Shown here: piece after piece, positions 50,517 through 61,715 of the stretch | Layout of the letters: each line of letters begins with the position of its first letter | Numbering within the stretch: position 1 is the stretch's first letter | Assembly (NCBI GenBank): GCA_030704615.1 | Contig: CM060732.1 | Location: 37,510,001-37,574,000, forward strand | From: Takakia lepidozioides | Taxonomy: Eukaryota > Plantae > Bryophyta | Direction: 5' to 3' | Length of the DNA stretch: 64,000 nucleotides | The notes under the pieces: model-generated | The model's input: only the letters and a program-made list of their open reading frames with translations | Told to the model about the DNA's origin: nothing | The model's database searches: none | Position numbers and translations under genes: made by a program

Positions 50517-53267
50517 ATGGCTGAAGAGATTGAACATGGCAAGATTTTGCCCCACCTTCTTTCTAATCTGCAAAGTCAGCTACAGACACCAAAGACATGT
50601 ACTTTCACACACCATGACTTGCAATGGAGGTCCCAATGGCACGGACAGATACCTAATGAGAACACAACTGAAATTGCATATATTCCTTGGAATCGGGTGG
50701 CGGACTTCATTGCTGGTGAGTCCTCCCAGAAGGAAGCCCCATGCACGTTCCGCACTCATCGACAGAAAGGCACCCCTGCTGGGACTCTCCAGGCACCACG
50801 CATCAATAGTGCCATGAACATTACAAGGTATGAATTCAACTTGAGCATGCCATGATTCATGAAAAATGAAATGAATGCTGCCACTACACAGGTTTTGTCC
50901 AATCCCACTAACCATGCACTTATGCTTTCATAAAGAGCGGTTCTAAAAGGCCACTCATGTTTTTGGCGTAGGTATCACTGCGCCTATGGCCCACAAGACA
51001 ATACCCTGAACACTGTGGAGGTAACAGAGGCTATGCGTGCGAAGAAATGGCATGCAGGTCCACCAAAGAAAAGGGGGAGAAAGCCTACAGTGGGGCCAGA
51101 ATCCAAAGGAAAAAAACCTAAACAAAAAAAGACTACAAACAACAAAACAGGAGAAGGCATCAAAAGAGGATGCATGTACCGATGTGCTGTCAAGCAATGC
51201 TACCTGGACCCTGCTATGGCAGAGATAATTTATTATGAGAAACAACATGTAAATGGAAGAGGTCAGATATGCCACAGACCTTCATGTCACTTGAACCGAT
51301 GTGCAATGGCTCCCCATCTTAGCGATGACATGAAATCATGGATTTTGCACAATTTGCGTCTTGGGCTGAGCATAAACAAGATAATGGCCAAGCACACCAT
51401 GCGAGTGAAGGAGTTGATGGAGCAAGGGCTGGACGTCAGCCGTGACACTTTTCTCTTCTCCCATGACATACGGAATATTGCGAAGCTATGCGATGAAGAG
51501 ACATTCAAAAAACACCCAAATGATGCACAGAGTGTCCGCATGTGGGTGCATGAAAATATGGCTAGTGTTTTCTACTACCAAGAAGAAAAGAACCACAAGG
51601 CTTGGACATCCAGTGACATCATCCCTCCTTCCGGAAAGCAAAGGTGAAGTTCTCCTTCACAAAGCAGTATGCATCGAACTGCTTCGTCTGCATTGAAATT
51701 TGGCCATCACCGAATTGTCGCATGCGATGCCACCTTCGGAACCAATGAGAAGAAGGTGGGATCTGTCTTTTTACTTCATTGCAATCGTTGAAGCCAGGTT
51801 TAAGGTATACTTGCCATACTGCATCCCCACATCGTACAAATCTCATACTCACTGCTTTCTCCATACAAATCTGCCTCAATTGTTGTACATTGATTGTTGT
51901 TTATGTAGTACCCACTATACACCATGATGGTATTCGACGAGCGGTTGAATGGAATCCCAGTTGCATTCATCATCACAACAAGATCAAAGGCAATCGATTT
52001 GGAGCCACGGATGTCCGCTCTGAACGGGAAGCTTCAGGCGAACCAGACAGGATGGTGCCTACATGCTTTCATTGTTGATGATGCAGATGCTGAAATAAAA
52101 GCAATCAAGTGAATCCCGATTCGCAACTCTCTGGAATTTTTTGGTTTTTCTGCAAATCTCCACATTATAATGTTGTCACATGTCATTCTATGTCGGGGCC
52201 GTGTGGGGGCAGTCTGCAGTTTTTCTATGTCTTTGGCATGTGAGGAGAGCATGACAAAAGAATGTCGTGTCTAAGTTCAAAGATGCAGATTTGCGTGCAT
52301 GTGTCATGCAAGATATGTCAAAAATCATGTATAGTGCTGCAAAAAGCGAGGGTGACGGAGGTGAAGCATGGGCAGTGTGCGAACTTGTGAATTTGCGTTT
52401 CAAGTACCCCATTGTAAGTGAATTTTGTGACTACTTGGAGCAGGATTGGGTTCCCAAAGCTAAGATGTGGACAATGGGTTCTCGCAACATTCCACACGCA
52501 GGACAAGACACAAACGCCGCCATTGAAGCTTATCATGGCAATCTGAAGGCACAACTGAAATGCACAAAGAGCAAACTGATCAGCAGACGAGTCGATTGGC
52601 TCATTCATAAACTCACAGGTGATTTGCTTACTCATTACTGGTATATGTCGTATGCCAAAACATATGGCTTCATCCGCAACAAGCGACTTAAAGGCTTTGT
52701 GTGGAGCTCTATTTTGTTTGCCAAACAGATTCCCGATTGCAATGTGAACCTTCCGCAGACAAAAGGGGGCATCGCCACTATCAAATGTATTTGGGATGAG
52801 GGGACTATACGGTTCACAATCCACAGTCCAACTGGGGATGTTGTGATTGTCAGCATGCCCGCAAAGGTAATATGTGTGCGCATCAGGTGAAGGTGTTGCA
52901 AATGTTGCACCCCAACTTAGAAAATGGCACCATAGCCAAATTCTGTGGAAGCCTTATTGGGAGCAGTAGAGGTGGCCTTCATAGCTTGTTTGCACCACCT
53001 CAATCACTAGCTGACATGCCTTCCAAAGCACCCATGCGTCCTACCCAAAACGCATCACCATATTCCGCCCAGAAAAGTCCAAAACTGGAATTACTGCCAT
53101 TAATATCCAATGAGTTCGAGCGGGTTCTAGACATGACAAGACATAATAGGGTCTTGCAGCAACATCTCCTTGCTATGGTTAGAGCAGCCAAAGGGAAAAT
53201 TTGTGACTTGACGTGTAGCATGGACGAGGGTATTCATCATCCCCAAGAAGACCCCACTTTTCACTGA
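50517..53267 (+). pseudogene. MULE DDE transposase with SWIM zinc finger, disrupted
   Basis: Exons are ~50517-50827, 50972-51755, 51909-52108 and 52197-53267. Motifs are YHCAYGP, KRGC, ACDATFGTN (D1), FIVDD (D2), CLWHV, TNAAIEAYH (E) and SWIM CDCQHARKGNMCAH. Lesions are TGA at 51645-51647, acceptor CGG at 52194-52196, HVRRA*QKN (TGA 52252-52254 where W is expected) and a frameshift at ~52830. Confidence 0.88.
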
Positions 53268-53914
53268 GGTTGACGATGGAGCAACCAACTCCCTTGTGAG
53301 ATGAAAGATTTTCTGGAGGCGCTCGGTAGAAAGCGTCATGTGGCAAACCTGCCTGAACGGCAGAATGCAGCAAAGAGACAATTGTACGCATCTTGATGCA
53401 CGTGGAGGTGGGGGGGTGAATCATGAAGGCGTGTTGATATGAAATTGCATGGATTCTGGACTGTGTTTGGTGTTAATTTTGCATGTCATGGCATGTCTAA
53501 TGTGTTCTTCCCATAGGGTGTTGCATTCATTTCATTCATTCATTCCATGCTCGTCATAAGCCTCAACAATGGATATTGCCTTGCAGACTTTGGCACATGC
53601 AACCACATTGCAAAAATAGCCGGGATACAAGACATAATTTGCCTCAACCATCCTGAAACCATGTACATTACATTGTTCCATATGCATCCTACGTAGTGGT
53701 AGAGTAGCCACCTCGAAGGCTGGCTGATAGACGGCTGCTCACACGCATTTCAGCCATGGAAACAAGGACATGCATACAATGCAATGTACATGAGAAGAAG
53801 AACCCTAAAACCTTTCATCCATATCAAGCATATGCATATTACCAACCCGTATTCAGGCCGTCACCATTCATCCCATTCTGGAAATGCATAGGAATCCTAT
53901 GCATGTTATCATGT

Positions 53915-54330
53915 GATATTTCGTCGTCACCATTCATCCCATTCATCCCTATCCATGTTATCATCCGTATTCGACATCACCATTCACCACATTCATCCCA
54001 TCCATCTCAACCCTATCCATATTTCATCCATATTGCGCCATCACCATCCATCCAATTCAGCACATTCATATCATCCTATCCATGCTTTCATCTGTATTCG
54101 ACATCACCATTCACCACATTCATCCCATCCATCTCAACCCTATCCATATTTCATCCATATTGCGCCATCACCATTCATCCAATTCAGCACATTTATATCA
54201 TCCTATCCATGTTATCATTTGTATTCGACGTCAGCATTCATCCCATTCATCCCATTCATCCCATCCATTCCAACCCTATCCATGTTTCATCCATATTTCG
54301 TCGTCACCATTCATCCCATTCATCACGTGA
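53915..54330 (+). repeat. CATCC/ATTC-rich tandem array, ~127-136 bp period, ~3 units
   Basis: ATTCATCCCATCCAT..CAACCCTATCCAT recurs at 53991, 54118 and ~54254. It is built from shorter CATTCATCC subunits. Confidence 0.9.
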
Positions 54331-55213
54331 GAAGAAAACTATGGATGCACTGCATGAAGTGAAGAACTGTTGTGGGCACTCTATAGGGTAAGGGCATCCA
54401 CCATCCATTCACCATTCCACCAGGGTAAGGCCCCGATGTGAAAGATAACCGAGGCTCCAGCTCAATAGGATCCACAACATTCATGGACCCGATATATGAA
54501 AGTGAGCCCCGATCTCTGGCAGCGATCGGAGATAGTTCCCTGGCAGGAAGGGTAAGGCAAGGACCTTGGGCTTATGGGTGACACCATCAATGTGACCCCA
54601 TTCAGGGGCAGTACTATCCCATGTTACATACCACTTCTTTTCATTGGACCTAGGAAGATTATGAGTATGCACTTACATTATAATGAAGGAACACATCAAA
54701 GCAAGATTTTCATGAGTTACAACAGATTTGGCCTCCTCTGTTCTGTGTGCAGACTGCCATGTGCCAACCTACATACATTGATTGGCTCATTCATAAAACT
54801 TTACTTTGTAGAGTGAAAAAATAGAGTGTACATCATAATGCTCACAAATGTTGTAGACAACTTCCTAAAGGGGCAGAGAAGGCGGCCACCAACACCCTTG
54901 ACATGAAAGGGATCATGCTACAGTCTCATGTCCCTGCATGGAAGTCCTCTCCCATCCACTGTGGTCTTTCTTGTGTGCATTCGCCAGCATGCGGGTCTTG
55001 TGGCATAGCCATGGAATACATCTGGGACAGGCTCATCTTTCACGACATAGTATGGTTGGCCATGGCAGGCGCTCTGCACTTCGAGTGAAACAGTATGGCA
55101 TATTTCCCTCTTCTTCATGACAGCCTCATTCACCGGAAACCAATGCTCATTCAGCTGCAGAAACAAACCAAGTGGACAAGGGTACCGTTTACTCAAAAGT
55201 AATGAGCATGTGA

Positions 55214-56015
55214 TTAAGTGCAAGCCAGTAGGAAAAAAGAACAAATGCAGATGAAAAGTGAGAAACGTACCGGCCCAACACCTCCTGCTCGTGGTTGTAC
55301 AAATGTTTGATTCAAGTAAACATCTATGTAATGTGCCGTAAAGCAACCACACTCCCAAGTAGAGACGTGTTGGGGGACAGGGGGATACAACCACAGGCGG
55401 GGGGCAGTGGCATTCTTCCATTGGAGGCTCGGGGGTAGAAATCTTCTGGAAAGTGCCCAGAAACGTGCAAACAAAGGCTTCAGCATACTGTGAGTATGTG
55501 ACCTTTTGACATTATTTAAATGGAGGTACCGCTTCCCTTCCAGAATGACGACACTCCAGTGCGATCTGCACATGACAATTGCAAACAGCGGCATTAGAAC
55601 ATGAATGCATTCATAACACTGAGAATACAACACCGATGTGTGATATAGGGTAGCATGCAGCAGAGTACGTACGCATATATAACAGGAATAATCATGGCCT
55701 CCACCCCATCACACTGAAGGTAAGGAAAGCATTCTTGCATCCACTGTAGAATAGAATGAGCGCCCACACCGGATTCCTTGTAGTGGTCACGAAGGCATAT
55801 CCAGGTAAAACTGTCAAGAAGACGTATCTTATTTCTTACATGGACGGGAAGGGACAATAATTTCATTCGCAAATAGAAATCCATGACTCTGTCACTTGTC
55901 CACCCCTTGGGTTTAATCAGGAGATCTGCGTCGTCTAGTCTAAGGGCGATATTGGGGCCTACACAATTCTGGAAAAACCAGACGTTTGATGTTTGTTTTA
56001 CCTCTGCACCAGCTG
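55214..56015 (-). pseudogene. Ulp1/peptidase C48 (SUMO protease-like) domain carried by the MULE
   Basis: The translation reads LLIKPKGWTSDRVMDFYL...IRLLDSFTW...MIIPVI [intron] SHWSVVIL..RYLHLNNV...PVPQHVSTWECGCFTAHYI. The catalytic His (HW), oxyanion Gln and Cys (ECG) are present. The catalytic Asp position appears to be Asn. Functional status is unclear. Confidence 0.8.
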
Positions 56016-57189
56016 ATATCCTGGAGACATACACCATCACGATACATGTCAAACGCATGCACAGTGGCAAGTAAAGTGCATAATGCAAAAGATTACCATT
56101 TGAATTCAACGAAAATAAGACGATTGTTGACTCACAGCGCTTTTTTGCCCTTCGTGAAGCCTGCAATGACATACAACACATTCATGTCAGAAAAAGTATG
56201 CCGGCAAAGGGGTTGCCCAAGCAGAGGTAGGATATGTAGAATTGTCAGATGCAAAAAGAGGGCATTCAGTACTAACGGGGATGTGTGTAAATGAGGAGGC
56301 TCCGACTCCATCTTCTCTTCTGTTCTGTGGACTGTGCGCCATGAAACAATATCCGCACACACACTCATTGATGCTCCCATAGTGCCCACCTCACTGCCAC
56401 GGACACCTGTCAATGTTGGCCAAGGCAGAGCTTTGGGTGAAGGAGCTTCGAGGGCGTTCCTTCCTCCAAAACCGAGCAAAGGGTTCGCATGTTGTACAGG
56501 GGGTCTGGACGACACCATTTGTGTTATTGCAGGCACCATAATAGGCACAGCAAAACGTTTGTCAGAAGGACCCTAATGCCCAAGGGGGCGGGGTTGAGAA
56601 AAAATGCATGTGTAACGTTGTTGGGCGCATTCACTGCAGGCAAGTACACCTGTTCAGTCACAACCTCGCTTGAATGCAATTCGATTTCAATTTGAGTAAG
56701 AGCACCTGGTTCAGTGGCATTAATGCCAAGGAGGGTAAGGTCTGTGGCGGCAGTGTCATGGTTACATAGACGACCGTCATGTACATGGTCGGGCTTCGCT
56801 GCATCATCGGCCCCAATGCGTTCATGTGCAAGCTTCCCTTCCACTCCAGGTGTGGGCTCAGCGTCTTGCAACAACTCTGTTGGTGACCTGAACATCGGAG
56901 AAGTAGGCGTGACTGGAATTGTGAGCACGCTGCACAACACCACAATCTACTTCATGAGAAGGCAAAGCCTGAGGGGGTGTTGTGACTTCACCATACTGGA
57001 AGTCAAAACCTTTCATTCAGGAATGATCGAGGTTGCGTCTAATATCCCCCACCCGCTGCACATCAGCAATTGCAGCCATGTACGCAGCCTGCAATGCTTC
57101 ATTCCCATGGTCCACATCACCTACAAAATGAACAAAACAAACAATGAGTATAATGGCTCTATGTAAACAATGCACGGCATGATGATGCA

Positions 57190-59316
57190 AGGCAAATGCA
57201 TTCAGGCAAAGATGGGAACAATATCACCTTCTGCGCTGAAAATCCAGCCCATGTCAATGCCTTCACGGTATTTCAGGGTATTCTGGAAGTTCCTGATTGC
57301 TTCATGTCTCTCAGAAAGGGTGCTTGTGTCAATACACCACAACGTGTCAAAACCCTTTGGATTGCAGATGGCAAAATCCCCCAAAGCTCTCCATCGAGTC
57401 ATGTCTATGAATTCTTGCATATCCTTGTTCACACCATTTGCCCGGCTCGGGTCGGAATGCAACAAGTCCTCCACGCATCTGGTCGTCTCATGCATCAGAT
57501 TAACTAGCAGGTATGCAAACAGGCAGGGACCAACCAATAGGAAATTAACTGACACATGCTTGAGCATGGAATTGCCCTTTGGCGTTCCAACAAGTTGAAC
57601 CATGACATCATGCAACAGTGTGTTTGTCGATGAAGAAACTGCATCAGTGCTACTGGCATATGACATCCAGATAGTCCTCAACACCTGCAAAATCAGCGGG
57701 CATTTCATAGGGGGCCCTGCCTTGCGGTACGATGTAAAGACTTCTCGTAGAAACTTCGATTCGTCATCCGAGTGTTTGAAGAAAGTGGGTAGGGTAGTAG
57801 GCACATTTCCCTTATGAGCAATGGTGTAAAGAGAGGACCAACCCACTGATGCGCTTCATTTTCACGATGCCAATTGGCATCCCAGGCAGCCAACTGCTCT
57901 TGAACATACTGGTTTCTGATGGACTCCAACTCAGCTTGTCTTGCTATTTCTTTGAATTCAAAGCTTGAGAGGGCAGACTTGTACTCATGATAGGATGTAA
58001 TGGCACTGCACTCATTGTAGACAGCTCCATAGTCAAAGGCAACGCCGGGCTTCTTTGCCCAGATAGGCATGGTCTTGAAGACAACATCCTTCTCCTCCTC
58101 TGGTGCTGCATGCTGGTTTGCAGGGAAACAAGTACAAATACATTAATATAAACCACAACATTTCTAGCGATTATGTTGCATATCTGACCCCAAACATGAG
58201 CATGTGTGAGTGAAATGGAAAGGGAAATGAATATGTGCATGAAGTACTGTAGTGTGAATTCACCTGTCGATTGATCCACCAGCGGCCATACGCTGCAACC
58301 AAGTTACATTCAGCAAAGCCCTCCGCGTCAACAAGGTGCCTGAGGGACTGTTGGAATTGAGGATTTTCCATGCTTGGGAAGGGTACAGGAAGCAATCCGT
58401 AGTTAAGAAGGGTGTGAAGGCCAGGACACCGAACAGGTGCAGGCTCTTTTGGAACCTCCATGGATGAAGTTAGAGATTTTGACTTGTTGGTAAAATATAA
58501 AATGGAATCCTCCCTGGAGCGAGGAAGTGGAGGATCAGGAGCCCGTGCCCCACTGACCACTTTGTTGCTTGCCAACGATTTGGATGCATGCAACTTCCCT
58601 GCCTTTGAACCCCCGGCTGGAGCCCCTTTCCCAGAGTTTTCATGAGGAAGATTACCTGATGGCAATTTTTTTCCATGGCCTGCATGATGGGAGGGAAAAC
58701 CCTTCCAAGTTTGCAAATGTAGAGCCCTCCTGCGTTTTGGCGGTTCATCAAATGTGTCATCATCGGAGTCATCTGGAAGCTGACCTGATGTGGGATGTGT
58801 CTGATAGGAAGCGTCGTCGGCGTCTGATGACAAGTCCTGGACTACTTGACTCTGCGACCTCATGGACCTCCTTCCTGATTTCCGCTGGAGATGCTCCATT
58901 TCTTGGGACACGTCCGCCTGGGAGGCCTGGCCCTTCTTCCTATTTGTGGTTTTGCGAGGTGGCATATGTCCATGGCGCTTGAGGACATCTTCCATAATAC
59001 CCCTCTGGCTTGGTTAAAAAATAGGGTACATTTTGAGGACACCTTCACCTTCCCCATGCTTCATACAACCATCCATCCTATGTAAGTTCAGTTTCTTTTT
59101 ATCGGCAAAAAGCAGATCACAGTGTATGCATCTGTATTGTCCTCTATTAGACGCACCAGGTTCATGGACCCTTGCCCTCGTGTAGGCCTCGCATATGAGG
59201 GACTTGAATTCATCAGTATCATATGTCTCGCGGTATTCCCTCCGGTTCTCTATCATTTTGTTCTCCTTCATCATGAATGCGCAGTCTCCCAACAATTGCA
59301 GCGCCAGCGTGCAAAC
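57190..59316 (-). pseudogene. MULE cargo gene: C2H2/C2HC zinc finger, basic disordered region and an unknown globular domain
   Basis: ORFs 59014-59295 and 58171-58995 are in frame across one TAA (YPIF*PSQRGIMEDV). The finger reads YRCIHCDLLFADKKKLNLHRMDGC and an NLS-like PPKRRR follows. After an intron at ~58262-58120, ORFs 57705-58070 and 57202-57846 are joined by a frameshift. Confidence 0.65.
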
Positions 59317-60923
59317 CTACACAGACAATGCCTAGCATAAATCCACAACAACGACATTTTTTTGAACCCTGAAATTGCATGCATGAGCATTGAGCCCCCT
59401 AAAACCTCTAACAATGGAGTGCATGAGCCTAAACCCTAAACCCTAAACACCAAAACAAAATGAAAAGACTTCAGATAATATGAAATATCTCCGTATGGAG
59501 AGTGTTCATGGCCGCATATCCCTGTAGCTCACAACTAAACTATGGAAACAACACTTTATCCGGGTCTGCTCTTTCAAATACCAAGCAAATGAACATGCAA
59601 TAAGTTGCCCTCACCTACAATTTTTGTAACACACAAAAGTAACAAGCGTCTTACCCTAAACTCCATATGAAACAAAGTGTTCACCTCAGCTTCATGTCAA
59701 TGCTTGCATGAAATACCCATAAGTACCAGACAGCCCCACTTTTGCAGTTTCCTAAGTACTGTAGTGAGAAAACGATATAGGAACGCGGGTAGTGTGCATT
59801 AAAGCTAGCACACACGTACTTCTCTAGTTCACTCATTTACCACTGCTATTGCCCTGATTGATCTGTTCCCTCCTTTTCAATATCTGTACTTCTGGGATGT
59901 CCCACATTTCTGAACCTATGCATACAGTATATGTGAAAGTACCCACAAAGAAGGGAACCTGCGAAGATGGTTGGGTTTCGGATGCTCGATGCAGAACTCA
60001 CTCACCCGCAAGGTAAATCCTGGGAGAAGAGCACAATGACAATCCGGATAACACAGAAGAGCAAGATTGAGGTTGTGGAGCGATAATAAGGACCTGCACG
60101 CAATTCAGATTTGGAGCGGAAGCGGTGCAACCATTGAAGATGGCCACAACATCCTGCTTCGTATGCCGATTCTCCATTCCTATCCACAAACTCGACCTAC
60201 ATGACGGGACGCGGTACGCCAACGCCATCAAGCGCAACGATTGCGACATTTCGCGATGCCTGCCAACAACGCAACGTCCTGTCTCATCTGGTATGTCTAT
60301 TCCACCTACCCTCATCATTTTACATGCAATGCCATACCATGTATGCAATGGACGCAAGCATGTGGCATGGGGAGGATGAAGGCCCCCGCCACCCCCCCCT
60401 CCGCCGCCCGCGTACCGCGCGGCAACTGCCGGGCGGCAGCCCCTCCTGCGCATCATGTACCCTCTGCCAGGACATGACACATGTCCTCTCACCCATCCCC
60501 ATCCCGCCTCCCATCCTCACCTCATGCATGGCATCGTCCCCCATCCCCCCCAACGCTGGCTGAACCGGCTCCCTCGCATTCAACTCCAGGGCCCCATCTA
60601 TTACTTGGCAACTTGATGCGTAGTCCCTACCCTGTCGGGCAGGGCCAAGAAAAGCAAAAATGAGGGGGTGAAGGGTACTAACTACTAACTACTCTTAACA
60701 GGGCTTATATCAAAGTGGATAACTGCATAAGTGCACTGTGTATTAACTTAAGAGAAGAGACAGAGACACACACAGTCCTCACTCCCCCTTTGGAGTCCTT
60801 CACTCTCGAAACAATGAGAGCGGGATGGGTTTCAAGCGACAAATTTGCATGTTCTTGCCCCTCTGGACTTGAAGATTCGGTGAAGGATGATGCACTCAAG
60901 AACAGTTTCCTGAGTGCCTGAAT

Positions 60924-61681
60924 ATGGCTGGGCAGCACTGCTGCTCTTCCCCCCACGTCCTACCCTCCGCAGCAGCAAGAAAAGGAGGGGGTTATCAAGC
61001 ACTTTGTTCCTCAGGAAACTGCAAGTGGAGTAGGGCGGAGTCCTTCGTTCCAGTGCTTTGGGTTATGAGTGCTCTTTCTGGAAACCGCACTCGGCCAGAT
61101 GGAGGGGGGAGCTTATTCTCCGGAAGTTATCGCTGGGAGAGTGGGTCAGCTGGTTTCTTTGCAGGCGGGCCAATGCACTTAAATTCAAATTTTCCCTGGT
61201 CGGAAAAACCTCGGGGACTGTCTTTGAAAACAGGGTTTAAGATCTCAGCTAGTTTGCAACTAGGTTTTGGCTCGGGCCAGCGATGGTCATGGCGTACCGT
61301 GGAAGAGAAGAAAGTAAACAGAAGCAGGGTCGTGGCTGCCAAGGCTGAGCAATCTTCGACTGGAATTCGAAGAACTGGGGGTGTAAAACCCAAGCAGCCG
61401 ATGGTGGTTCTTGATGCCCCAGAAGTAGAAAAGGGTAAATACAGCTATGATGTAGAAAATGCGATCAATCACCTTTCATCACTCGCACCACGCGGTAGCA
61501 TTGCGAGGTGTATGGAGGGATTCAGGACTAAGCTCTCTATGCATGACTTTTCGCTTATTTTCCGAGAATTTGCGCAGCGTGGTGATTGGCAGAAATCATT
61601 GCGCCTGTTCAAGTACATGCAACGACATCAATGGTGCAAGCCCAACGAGCATGTCTACACAATTATGATTGGTGCGGAGTG

Positions 61682-61715
<34 letters not shown>

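Larger units (their letters stand above)
49915..60609. mobile_element. Complete Mutator-like element (MULE), 10.7 kb
   Basis: A perfect 9-bp TSD AACTTGATG lies at 49906-49914 and 60610-60618. The termini are GCCAAGTAATAGATGG and CCATCTATTACTTGGC. Composite TIRs are ~280 bp and enclose convergent transposase and Ulp1-containing genes. Confidence 0.95.

Noticed and set aside
53756-54391. His/Pro/Ile-rich ORFs in three frames
   Set aside because: They arise from the stop-poor CATCC tandem array.
50027-60550. Direct repeat B as LTRs of a retrotransposon
   Set aside because: There are no TG...CA ends, PBS or gag/pol. B is nested within inverted termini with a 9-bp TSD and a DDE transposase.
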